DNA of 31,230 nt from a virus. Taxonomy: Duplodnaviria; Caudoviricetes. The translations under genes and the position numbers were made by a program. The notes beneath the pieces are model-generated. The model saw only the letters and a list, made by a program, of their open reading frames with translations. It searched no databases and was not told the origin of the DNA. Below, piece by piece: positions 17,850-24,892 of this stretch; the stretch's first letter is position 1, and each line of letters starts with the position of its first letter. The stretch is from the IMG/VR virus record IMGVR_UViG_3300017766_001325, positions 1 through 31,230 of that record; one strand, written 5' to 3'.

Positions 17850-18269
17850 AGCGCATACATCGTTCCCGCAGAAACCATTCACGTCCTCGCCGCTTGGGCA
17901 AGCGTTTCGGAATCGCCTTTTGGTCTCAAGATGGCGAACGAAGCAAAGGCTCGCGAGGCCTGCCGCGTCCTCTTCGCGGAGAACGCGCGATCGGTCGGAC
18001 ATCGCTACTCCGAGACTCCGGCTGAAGTCTCGCCGGAGTTTCTGAACGCTGACTTCTCCTCGATCATCCAGAAGTATCGACCGGAACTTTGCCTCGCCGC
18101 TGCTCGCGGATATGAGTATCAAGCCTGCGAATGCAGCGACTACGAGACGACCGCCGCCGCGCATCTCGTCTCTCGCGCGATCAAGAACGCGAGCGAGCGT
18201 CTCTGCGAGATCGCCGGAATCGGATGCTGGACGGTCGGCGCGGATGAAATGGCACAAGCGAAGAAGTGA
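17847..18269 (+). CDS. Early hypothetical protein with YEYQACE motif
   Basis: Strong RBS. Contains ENARSV..RY and YEYQACECSDYE motifs. Confidence 0.8.
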   Translation: MSAYIVPAETIHVLAAWASVSESPFGLKMANEAKAREACRVLFAENARSVGHRYSETPAEVSPEFLNADFSSIIQKYRPELCLAAARGYEYQACECSDYETTAAAHLVSRAIKNASERLCEIAGIGCWTVGADEMAQAKK

Positions 18270-18319
18270 ACGACTCGGATCGGAGAGGCCTCGCGAGAGG
18301 CCTCTCGAATCCGCGCCGT
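18267..18319 (+). repeat. 53-nt structured intergenic repeat, copy 2
   Basis: TGAACGACTCGGATCG-GAGAGGCCTC-GCGA-GAGGCCTCTC-GAATCCGCGCCGT. Confidence 0.85.
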
Positions 18320-18328
18320 AGGCCGGAG

Positions 18329-18367
18329 CCTCGCACGGAGCGAGGAGCAGACAAGGAGACAGCCATG
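18329..18367 (+). promoter_or_regulatory. ANGGA-loop hairpin plus SD (CsrA-type dual site)
   Basis: CCTCGC-ACGGA-GCGAGG then AGCAGACAAGGAGACAGCCATG. Confidence 0.7.
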
Positions 18368-18619
18368 CAAGAAGAAACCGACATTAAAGAACTGACCGAC
18401 CTCGAACTCGATCTCGCGATCTACGCGATCAACGAACTCGTGCGCGAGCCTTACATTTGCCCGTATGGCGAGCATGCATGGCTCGATAAGCATTGTTCAG
18501 GATCGTGGATTCAGGAACTCGAACAGACTTCTTCGATCGAGATTCCTGCGTACTACACGCGAACTAAGCGTCCCGAGCAGATCAAGCGCGAATCGCTCAC
18601 GATCGGAGGCATGCGGTGA
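18365..18619 (+). CDS. Small acidic early hypothetical protein (84 aa)
   Basis: AAGGAG RBS; begins MQEETDIKEL. Confidence 0.75.
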   Translation: MQEETDIKELTDLELDLAIYAINELVREPYICPYGEHAWLDKHCSGSWIQELEQTSSIEIPAYYTRTKRPEQIKRESLTIGGMR

Positions 18620-18876
18620 GCGATACAAAAACCGAACTCGATCAGATTCTTCGATTGATTGAAAGCGAGACACAATCTCTCGCGAACTACGGAGGGAAGC
18701 CGTTCCATACGATCGGAAACGCGAGCGAACAAGCCGAACGGATACACGGCATGATTGACGTTTTCTCGATCATTCGGAACGGAACCAGATTCTCCGACGA
18801 ATCCGATTCGCTGCGGATAAACGTCACCGATGCGATCCGAGACGCTTTCGGAAGATTGACGGGAGTATTTCGATGA
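18616..18876 (+). CDS. Hypothetical protein
   Basis: GGAGG RBS, GTGA overlap. Confidence 0.7.
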   Translation: MSDTKTELDQILRLIESETQSLANYGGKPFHTIGNASEQAERIHGMIDVFSIIRNGTRFSDESDSLRINVTDAIRDAFGRLTGVFR

Positions 18877-19145
18877 GCGATCGACTTCAGAACACAATCG
18901 GCTCAGTTTGGGAAGACGTGCAAGATCTCGACTGGAGCGGATTCTTTCCGCTCTTCCAAGTGCGCCGCGCCGAACTGCTCGTCGTCGGATTGATCGAGGC
19001 CGATCACGAAGATCTTTCCGATCTCGTGCCGATCGCATATCGAAACGGCGAAGCCTGCGCTTGCCTCGCCGGAGATCAAGATGGATTCATGCTCGCGAGC
19101 GAATATCGCCTCTTCTTCGATCAGCAGACGGGAGGCGAGCAATGA
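18873..19145 (+). CDS. Hypothetical acidic protein
   Basis: GGGAG RBS, ATGA overlap. Confidence 0.7.
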   Translation: MSDRLQNTIGSVWEDVQDLDWSGFFPLFQVRRAELLVVGLIEADHEDLSDLVPIAYRNGEACACLAGDQDGFMLASEYRLFFDQQTGGEQ

Positions 19146-19285
19146 AAGATCTCATCGTCTGTCTCGCGTTCCTTTGGTACGTCGCGATCCTCGTTGGCAT
19201 CGTGATGATTGAATATCGACTCTCGCGAATCGCGAAGCGCATCGATGAAATCGAGCGCGAAGACAGAAAGCGAGGTATTCGATGA
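19142..19285 (+). CDS. Small membrane protein (47 aa)
   Basis: GGAGG RBS. Hydrophobic LIVCLAFLWYVAILVGIVMI followed by a charged tail. Confidence 0.65.
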   Translation: MKDLIVCLAFLWYVAILVGIVMIEYRLSRIAKRIDEIEREDRKRGIR

Positions 19286-19683
19286 CCTCGTTCCTCCTCT
19301 CTACTCTCCTCCTCATCGCTCCACCGAAAGGCACGGACACGCGAGCGATCCTCGATGCGATTCGCACCGTCGAGACTGGCGGCGAGGCCGATCCTGATCG
19401 AGCCATCGGCGACAAAGGCAAGGCTCTCGGCGCGTATCAAATCCATCGAGGCTACTGGCTCGATGCGACGGAGAAAGATCCTGCGCTTCGCGCTCTCGGA
19501 TACGAGAGCGTGACGGATCGAGCCATCGCCGAGCGCGTCGTCCTCGCGTATCTCACGCGATACGCGCCGGACTGGAAACTCGAAACCGTCGCGCGGATCC
19601 ACAATGGAGGCCCAAAGGGCCATCGGAAAGAAAGTACACTTGACTACGCTCGCAGGGTGCGAGCAGCAATGGAGACACAATGA
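19282..19683 (+). CDS. Lysozyme-superfamily muramidase/transglycosylase (i-type/destabilase-like) with signal peptide
   Basis: Contains AIRTVETGG (catalytic Glu), GAYQIH..YW.DA and ARIHNGGP.G. Hydrophobic N-terminus. Confidence 0.85.
   Translation: MTSFLLSTLLLIAPPKGTDTRAILDAIRTVETGGEADPDRAIGDKGKALGAYQIHRGYWLDATEKDPALRALGYESVTDRAIAERVVLAYLTRYAPDWKLETVARIHNGGPKGHRKESTLDYARRVRAAMETQ
19648..19682 (+). promoter_or_regulatory. ANGGT-loop variant leader hairpin plus RBS
   Basis: GCTCGC-AGGGT-GCGAGC then AGCAATGGAGACACAATG. Confidence 0.5.
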
Positions 19684-20204
19684 ATCGAACCATCTATGAC
19701 ATCAGCGCGGATCTTGCCGCGCTCGAAACGATCCTCCATGAGAACGGAGGCGACGTATCAGATCCGCAGGCACAGGCCGCGCTCGCAGAGTGGGAACGCG
19801 AACTCGAAAGCGATCTCACAGGAAAGGTCGACCGATACTGCTCGCTCATCGCAGAACTTGAAGCGCGATCGGCAATGCGACAGGCAGAGGCCGAGCGTCT
19901 CGCGGATCTCGCGAAGGCCGACGACAAAGCAGCGCAAGGCCTGCGCGAGCGTCTGCGATTCATTTGGGAAACTCGAAATCTCCCGAAGATCGAAACGTCT
20001 CGCTTCCGAGTCGCACTCACGCGCAACGGCGGAAAGGCTCCGCTCGATCTCCGAGTCGGGCCGGAAGAGTTGCCAGAGTGGGCCATCGAACGGAAGACGA
20101 TTGTGACGGCAAACAAGGACGCGATCCGCGCTCGGCTCGAAGCAGGCGAGAATCTGCCGTTCGCGAATCTCATGGAACGAGGAACGAGGATTTCGATCAA
20201 ATGA
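19680..20204 (+). CDS. Siphovirus Gp157-family protein
   Basis: Contains TIYDI...KVDRY...EAERL...ANKDAIRARLEAGE...A.L...ISIK. Confidence 0.85.
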   Translation: MNRTIYDISADLAALETILHENGGDVSDPQAQAALAEWERELESDLTGKVDRYCSLIAELEARSAMRQAEAERLADLAKADDKAAQGLRERLRFIWETRNLPKIETSRFRVALTRNGGKAPLDLRVGPEELPEWAIERKTIVTANKDAIRARLEAGENLPFANLMERGTRISIK

Positions 20205-20422
20205 ATCGGCCCTATCTCTCGAAGCGAGTTCGCGAAGGCCTCGAATCGATTCTCTCGCGCTCGATCGCGACGACCGAGGAAGATCTCGTCGCGATGCAAT
20301 GGATTCGCGGAATGCTCGATCGCGCTGCTATCATCGCCAGTCCGAAAGCGCAGGACGCGCCGTCTCCTCGGATGGGAGGGAGCAGCAATGCTCCCTCCCA
20401 AGGAGAGGAGGCCATCGTATGA
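20201..20422 (+). CDS. Hypothetical protein
   Basis: GAGG RBS, ATGA overlaps on both sides. Confidence 0.6.
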   Translation: MNRPYLSKRVREGLESILSRSIATTEEDLVAMQWIRGMLDRAAIIASPKAQDAPSPRMGGSSNAPSQGEEAIV

Positions 20423-20622
20423 AACAACCGATCGACAAACCGTCGCACTTTGGCCGCGTCATCCGGCAAGCCTACGAAGGCGATCGGATCTGGCTCATCG
20501 CCGAGAACGGCGAGGATCTCGGATTCCTCGAAATGAAGCGCGTACCGAAAGACTTGAAAATCACAGTCGCGCTTTGCTTTGATCGATCGATTCGCATCGA
20601 GCGCAGAGAGGAGGAGCGATGA
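20419..20622 (+). CDS. Divergent CsrA/RsmA-like small RNA-binding protein (putative)
   Basis: 67 aa. EGDRIWL aligns by eye with CsrA VGETLMI, and ITVALCFDRSIRIERRE with VRIGVNAPKEVSVHREE, including the R44 and E46 equivalents. Strong RBS. Confidence 0.5.
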   Translation: MKQPIDKPSHFGRVIRQAYEGDRIWLIAENGEDLGFLEMKRVPKDLKITVALCFDRSIRIERREEER

Positions 20623-20972
20623 GGCATGATCCGATGATGCGAGCCGGAAACGCTCCGCCGCCGGAAGGCTCGCTCTTCTCTCTCGGGATGCACAGAACCA
20701 ACGATCGCGAGACTTCGATCGAGGCCGCGAAGCGAGCATCACCGCGAGCAGGAAGCGGACGCGCTCTCGCGCTCGAAGCATTGCGAAACAATCCAGACGG
20801 CCTCACGGACGAGGAACTCGCGAGCGTAACCAAACAATACATGAACTCAATCGGCAAACGCCGAACGGAACTCACACAGGCCGGATTCATCGAGGACAGC
20901 GGCATTCGGCGGATGTCGTCGAGAGGCTCGATGATGATCGTCTGGCGGATTAAGAAGGAGGCAACGACATGA
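20619..20972 (+). CDS. Winged-HTH DNA-binding protein
   Basis: Contains GLTDEELA...KRRTEL...G.IEDSG.RR....G....VW. Confidence 0.8.
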   Translation: MRHDPMMRAGNAPPPEGSLFSLGMHRTNDRETSIEAAKRASPRAGSGRALALEALRNNPDGLTDEELASVTKQYMNSIGKRRTELTQAGFIEDSGIRRMSSRGSMMIVWRIKKEATT

Positions 20973-21274
20973 AGGAATTCGAGCGCATCGAGAAGCGGTT
21001 CAAGGAACTTCGAAACTGGCTTCTCGAACTTCAATCGGAAGATCCTCACGCTGATCGAGACGACGAGCACGACTCGCACAATCTAGGCCTCATCGACTTG
21101 CATGAGATCAAACTTGCTTTCTTTGCTCTAGCGCAGGAGCGAGATCGACTCCGCGCCGAACGCGACGATGCGCGGCAAAGGCTTTGCAAGGTTGTCGGAG
21201 ACAATCGCGATATGTGGGGCGAAGATGTCGCAAAGGAATACGGCTGGGACTGCTTCAAGGAGGCGACCGGATGA
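20969..21274 (+). CDS. Hypothetical coiled-coil protein
   Basis: AGGAGG RBS. Contains LRAERDDAR and YGWDCFK. Confidence 0.7.
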   Translation: MKEFERIEKRFKELRNWLLELQSEDPHADRDDEHDSHNLGLIDLHEIKLAFFALAQERDRLRAERDDARQRLCKVVGDNRDMWGEDVAKEYGWDCFKEATG

Positions 21275-21432
21275 CCGTCGTCAAACCGAAACCGTCGCAT
21301 CCTTGGAACTCTCATATCTCGATCGAGACTCGCATCGCGCGAATCCGAGAAGAGATCGAGAAACTGCGCGAGGAGATCAAAGCGAAGACGGCGGACATCC
21401 GCGAACTTCAGGCGAGGAGGATGCAGAAGTGA
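21271..21432 (+). CDS. Small coiled-coil hypothetical protein
   Basis: AGGAGG RBS; begins MTVVKPKPSHPW. Confidence 0.65.
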   Translation: MTVVKPKPSHPWNSHISIETRIARIREEIEKLREEIKAKTADIRELQARRMQK

Positions 21433-21722
21433 CGCACGAAGAATACATCGCGCAACTCGAAGCCATCAGCGAGGCGCAACTCCCTTCGGCTCAAACGATG
21501 GAATGCCAACTCGCGCTCTCTTTCGTTATGTATCTCCAGAAATTCGAGGCATACGAAACAAGAACGGCTCAAAGACTCATCCTCGACATTCTGGAGAAGA
21601 ACAACGTCAGAATCGTTCGAGAAGTACCACCACATCCAGATGAGCCTTTGGCTTCCGTGTATCGCGTCAATCAAGAACTGAAGCGTCGCGGATGGATTCC
21701 AGAATCAAAGGAGGCCAAATGA
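21429..21722 (+). CDS. Hypothetical protein
   Basis: GGAGG RBS, GTGA overlap. Confidence 0.65.
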   Translation: MTHEEYIAQLEAISEAQLPSAQTMECQLALSFVMYLQKFEAYETRTAQRLILDILEKNNVRIVREVPPHPDEPLASVYRVNQELKRRGWIPESKEAK

Positions 21723-21982
21723 GGACGCAAGCCACACTCTCCAGAGGACGAAACAGCGATGACATGGAAAGCAAAGAAGACATCGAAGGTCTCATCCTCC
21801 AACTTGCCGAACTCCGGCGGCGGAACTTCACGCTCGTCCGCGAAGCGAACGTCCTCCGGCGAGAAGTTCACGCATGGAGGAAATGGCGCGAGAACAACGA
21901 CCCGAGCCTCTGGACGCACGTCGTCCGCGCTCGCCGCGCAACCGACGCGGCAGGCGCGTTCCGATGCGTCGATGACTCCTGA
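21719..21982 (+). CDS. Hypothetical protein
   Basis: AAGGAGG RBS, ATGA overlap. Confidence 0.6.
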   Translation: MRTQATLSRGRNSDDMESKEDIEGLILQLAELRRRNFTLVREANVLRREVHAWRKWRENNDPSLWTHVVRARRATDAAGAFRCVDDS

Positions 21983-22337
21983 TGGAATGACGATCCGGAT
22001 CGTCCTTCCGCTTCCGGCAAGGCAACTCTCGCCAAATGCTCGCGTGTGTTGGCAGGCGAAGGCGCGAGCCGTCAAGCAGTACCGCTCGATCTCCTTCTTC
22101 GTCTCGCAGCGTTTCCCGAGCCGATGGAAGGCCGCCGAGGTTGAGTCGACGTTCTTCTTCCGCGATCGGCGACGGCGTGACCGGGACAATCTCCTCGCCT
22201 CGCTCAAGGCCGCATTCGACGGAATCGCCTCGGCAGGAATCGTCGACGACGACGCGAATCTCACGCATCTTCCCGTACGGCTCGAAGTCGACCGAGACGC
22301 GCCGAGAGTCGAGATCTCGATCAGGAGGACGGAATGA
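21972..22337 (+). CDS. RusA-like Holliday junction resolvase
   Basis: Contains LPLP...SPN, RRRDRDNLLASLKAAFDG...GIVDDD and PRVEISI. Confidence 0.85.
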   Translation: MTPDGMTIRIVLPLPARQLSPNARVCWQAKARAVKQYRSISFFVSQRFPSRWKAAEVESTFFFRDRRRRDRDNLLASLKAAFDGIASAGIVDDDANLTHLPVRLEVDRDAPRVEISIRRTE

Positions 22338-22474
22338 ACGACGGACTAGATGAAATGCACAGCGATCGGCACGAGGGCTTCTGGCCGGATTTGAAAGAAA
22401 TCCTCGCGGCCTTTACCCTCTGGCTCATTGTCATGCTCCTGCTATCGTTCTCCCTCGCAGGATGCCTCTCGTAA
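22334..22474 (+). CDS. Small membrane protein (46 aa)
   Basis: AGGAGG RBS. Hand translation: MNDGLDEMHSDRHEGFWPDLKEILAAFTLWLIVMLLLSFSLAGCLS. Confidence 0.55.
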   Translation: MNDGLDEMHSDRHEGFWPDLKEILAAFTLWLIVMLLLSFSLAGCLS

Positions 22475-22514
22475 CCAACTCCCGCGTCGATCCGCCTCTG
22501 GTCGATGCGTCTCC

Positions 22515-22550
22515 GGCTCGCCGTTCGCGCTGAACGGCGAGTCTCTTTTT
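22515..22550 (+). terminator. Rho-independent terminator ending the early/middle operon
   Basis: GGCTCGCCGTTC-gcgct-GAACGGCGAGTC then TCTTTTT. Confidence 0.8.
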
Positions 22551-22609
22551 GATCGTGCAACAAAAGGAGCGGACGCGAGTCGAAACGCGCCGATGCCGAT
22601 CTTCGAAGC

Positions 22610-22882
22610 ATGGCGGAAGGCACACAGAAGAACGTCCTCTCGACGGCGATCGGCATCGGCCAGATCGCGACGATGATCGTCGGATTCTCCGCGCTCATCT
22701 TCACGGTCGGCGCGAAATCCAAGGAACTTGAAGTCGCACGAACCGACATCGACAAACTCGCGGAGACGGTGCAGGATCTCGCGAAGGCGCAGGCCTCTGC
22801 GGCGGTGAATGACGCAAGCCACTCCCGAACACTCGAAGACATCCAACGGCGACTAGAATCGCTCGAAAGGCGGATCAAATGA
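22610..22882 (+). CDS. Membrane-anchored coiled-coil protein (lysis cluster)
   Basis: One transmembrane segment followed by a heptad pattern. Confidence 0.65.
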   Translation: MAEGTQKNVLSTAIGIGQIATMIVGFSALIFTVGAKSKELEVARTDIDKLAETVQDLAKAQASAAVNDASHSRTLEDIQRRLESLERRIK

Positions 22883-23082
22883 GCAAGGCTTCATGGCGGA
22901 CGACGACGACGGGCATCCTCGCGATCGTGGTCGCGATCGCAGGCGCGGCAAAGGCTGAGTTCGACGGCGATCCGGTCACGGTCGCAGACTGGGGCGCGGT
23001 CGCCGCCGCGATCATGGCAGGCATCGGCCTCATCCTCGCGCGAGACGCGAAGGTATCGTCACAGCAAGAAGGCATCCGATGA
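22879..23082 (+). CDS. Putative holin (2 TM)
   Basis: Contains SWRTTTTGILAIVVAI...WGAVAAAIMAGIGLILARD. Confidence 0.6.
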   Translation: MSKASWRTTTTGILAIVVAIAGAAKAEFDGDPVTVADWGAVAAAIMAGIGLILARDAKVSSQQEGIR

Positions 23083-23288
23083 TCGATTTGGAGCAGACGC
23101 TCGCCGTCGCGCTCGAATACAGAGAGAGGCTCGCTCGCGCGACTGACTCGCCGTCGCGACTCCGTGTCCTCTCCGATGCTCCGCTCTTCTCTCTGTGGCA
23201 CGAAGTGCGAAACGAACTCAAGACGGCGGCGGATGAGATCGAATCGCTTCGCGCTCGCATCCGCGCTCTGGAAGGTGAAGATGCTTGA
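23079..23288 (+). CDS. Hypothetical protein
   Basis: Coupled ORF with an AADEIESLR motif. Confidence 0.6.
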   Translation: MIDLEQTLAVALEYRERLARATDSPSRLRVLSDAPLFSLWHEVRNELKTAADEIESLRARIRALEGEDA

Positions 23289-23448
23289 GTTCATCACGTC
23301 ACTCATCGTCGCGATCCTCCTCTGGATCGAGAAGCGATTCGACAAAGGAAAGAATGCAACCGATGGTCAAGAAGATCCTGATTCTCTCACTCGTGCAGGC
23401 AAGCGTATTTCTGACGGCCTGCGGCCCAAGGACGGTACTCGTCCGTGA
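23281..23448 (+). CDS. Putative i-spanin-like membrane protein (55 aa)
   Basis: MLEFITSLIVAILLWIEK transmembrane segment. Overlaps a lipoprotein gene in another frame. Confidence 0.5.
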   Translation: MLEFITSLIVAILLWIEKRFDKGKNATDGQEDPDSLTRAGKRISDGLRPKDGTRP

Positions 23449-23587
23449 GTCGTCGCCGATTCGAATCGGGCCGGAGGTGAAAGGCCATGTCTACATTCGC
23501 GAGAATGGCGAGTGGACACTCTCCGCGAATCGCGTCGAGATCCCCGAAGGCTACTATCTCGTTCCTCCTTCCTATGTCGACGAATAA
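23363..23587 (+). CDS. Lipoprotein, putative o-spanin-like
   Basis: MVKKILILSLVQASVFLTAC signal peptide with lipobox. Start is embedded in the previous gene. Confidence 0.6.
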   Translation: MVKKILILSLVQASVFLTACGPRTVLVRESSPIRIGPEVKGHVYIRENGEWTLSANRVEIPEGYYLVPPSYVDE

Positions 23588-23828
23588 AGCGAAGTCGCGC
23601 ATTCAGCCTCCGCTCTCGATCGAGGGCGAGATGAATGTCCCTTGGATGACGACGGGACAAGTCGCTGCACGTCTCGGAGTTTCGATGAGAACCGTCTCGA
23701 AGTGGATCGACAACGGAATCCTTCGAGGGATTCGAATCCCGTTCTCGAAGGATCGCCGAGTTCATCCGCAGGCTCTCGTCGAGTTTGAGAAGTTGCACGG
23801 ATTCGATCGAGCGCGAGGCAAGCAATGA
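23574..23828 (+). CDS. MerR/excisionase-type HTH (HTH_17) protein
   Basis: Contains MTTGQVAARLGVSMRTVSKWIDNGILRGIRIP..KDRRV. Confidence 0.85.
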   Translation: MSTNKAKSRIQPPLSIEGEMNVPWMTTGQVAARLGVSMRTVSKWIDNGILRGIRIPFSKDRRVHPQALVEFEKLHGFDRARGKQ

Positions 23829-24526
23829 ATCGAATCATTCCGATCGAGCCAGATCACGACGACCCTCGCGCGTTCATCGTGCAGGCTTCAGATATGGCCG
23901 TCGTCTCGCCTTTCGCGTCGGCGACTTCTGGAACCGGAGCCTCCGTCGCTTTCACTTCCGTCCTCGGCGCGATCGGCGCAGTCTCGGGCAGATACGGAAT
24001 TGCATCGCTCGCGACCGGAACGACGACGACAGGACGCGCACAAATCCAGACTTCGGTCATCGACCAGATCCTCTTCGGATTCGGTCGGATCTCGATGTCT
24101 GCGATGATCCTCACGCCGTCCTCTCTCTCGGATGGCACGAATCGCTACGGCCTCAAGATCGGATTCGGCAATCAGACGACGCTCATCACGGAAGCCTGCG
24201 GAGGAGTTTTTCGATATCGAGACAACATCAACTCCGGCAAGTGGGAAGTCTACGTCGTCGACTCTTCGTCGACTTTGACGCAGGTAGATACGGGAGTGAC
24301 GGTCGCCGCGTCGACGTGGTATCGACTTGAGATCATCATCAATCCGGCGGCCTCGATCTCAGAGTTCTTTATCAACGGCGTGAGAGTCGCGACCGTGACC
24401 GCGAATCTTCAGAGCGGAACGTCGATCACCGCAGGACTTCTCGCGATGATAATCAAATCGCTCGGGACGACATCGAGAACTTTCTATATCGACAGCCTCG
24501 AATTCAGACAGGAAGTGAATCGATGA
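23825..24526 (+). CDS. Putative virion protein with ConA/lectin-like beta sandwich
   Basis: Ser/Thr/Gly-rich. Contains DTGVTVAASTWYRLEI...FFINGV.VAT and FYIDSLEF. Confidence 0.6.
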   Translation: MNRIIPIEPDHDDPRAFIVQASDMAVVSPFASATSGTGASVAFTSVLGAIGAVSGRYGIASLATGTTTTGRAQIQTSVIDQILFGFGRISMSAMILTPSSLSDGTNRYGLKIGFGNQTTLITEACGGVFRYRDNINSGKWEVYVVDSSSTLTQVDTGVTVAASTWYRLEIIINPAASISEFFINGVRVATVTANLQSGTSITAGLLAMIIKSLGTTSRTFYIDSLEFRQEVNR

Positions 24527-24882
24527 ACTTCGCGCAACTGGATTCTCGAAACGTGGTCATCTCTCTCGTCGTCGCGGATCAGAGGCCGGATGGATGCGTT
24601 CCGAACGATGGCTCGGCGCAAGTCGGCCTCATCTATGATCTCGGCACGTTTCGATACCCTCGATGGACGGCCTTCGAGTTCATTCAGCGATTCACCGAGT
24701 CGGAACTTGAGATCGTTCGAGGTCGCGCCGTTTCCGATCCGATCGTCTGGCGGTTCTTGACCTTCGCGCAAGCAGCGCAGGAGATCGACGGCGGCGACTC
24801 GATGACGATCGCAGGCATGGACTATCTCGTCGCAGTCTCGATCTTGACGCAGGCTCGACGAGATGCGATCCTCGCCGCATAA
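24523..24882 (+). CDS. Putative tail-fibre-associated/chaperone-like protein
   Basis: Contains FAQLD..NVV, FIQRFTESE and GMDYLV...ILT.AR...IL. Confidence 0.55.
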   Translation: MNFAQLDSRNVVISLVVADQRPDGCVPNDGSAQVGLIYDLGTFRYPRWTAFEFIQRFTESELEIVRGRAVSDPIVWRFLTFAQAAQEIDGGDSMTIAGMDYLVAVSILTQARRDAILAA

Positions 24883-24892
24883 AGGAGACATC

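Noticed and set aside
17750-18325. Integron attC sites
   Set aside because: There is a superficial likeness (starts at the stop codon with ..AAC, ends CGTAGGC/CGTGAGC). However, the GTT core is missing, there are no clear extrahelical bases and no integrase is present. UUCG/GNRA loops point to RNA-level function.
17500-18370. CRISPR or mini-array
   Set aside because: There are only two repeat copies, separated by a whole gene; there is no repeat-spacer periodicity and no cas genes.
22475-22609. tRNA or other ncRNA in this intergenic gap
   Set aside because: No cloverleaf or T-loop consensus; the terminator hairpin explains the visible structure.
23574-23828. Excisionase indicating an integration module
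   Set aside because: No tyrosine or serine integrase or att-like region is recognisable. The HTH is more likely a regulator.
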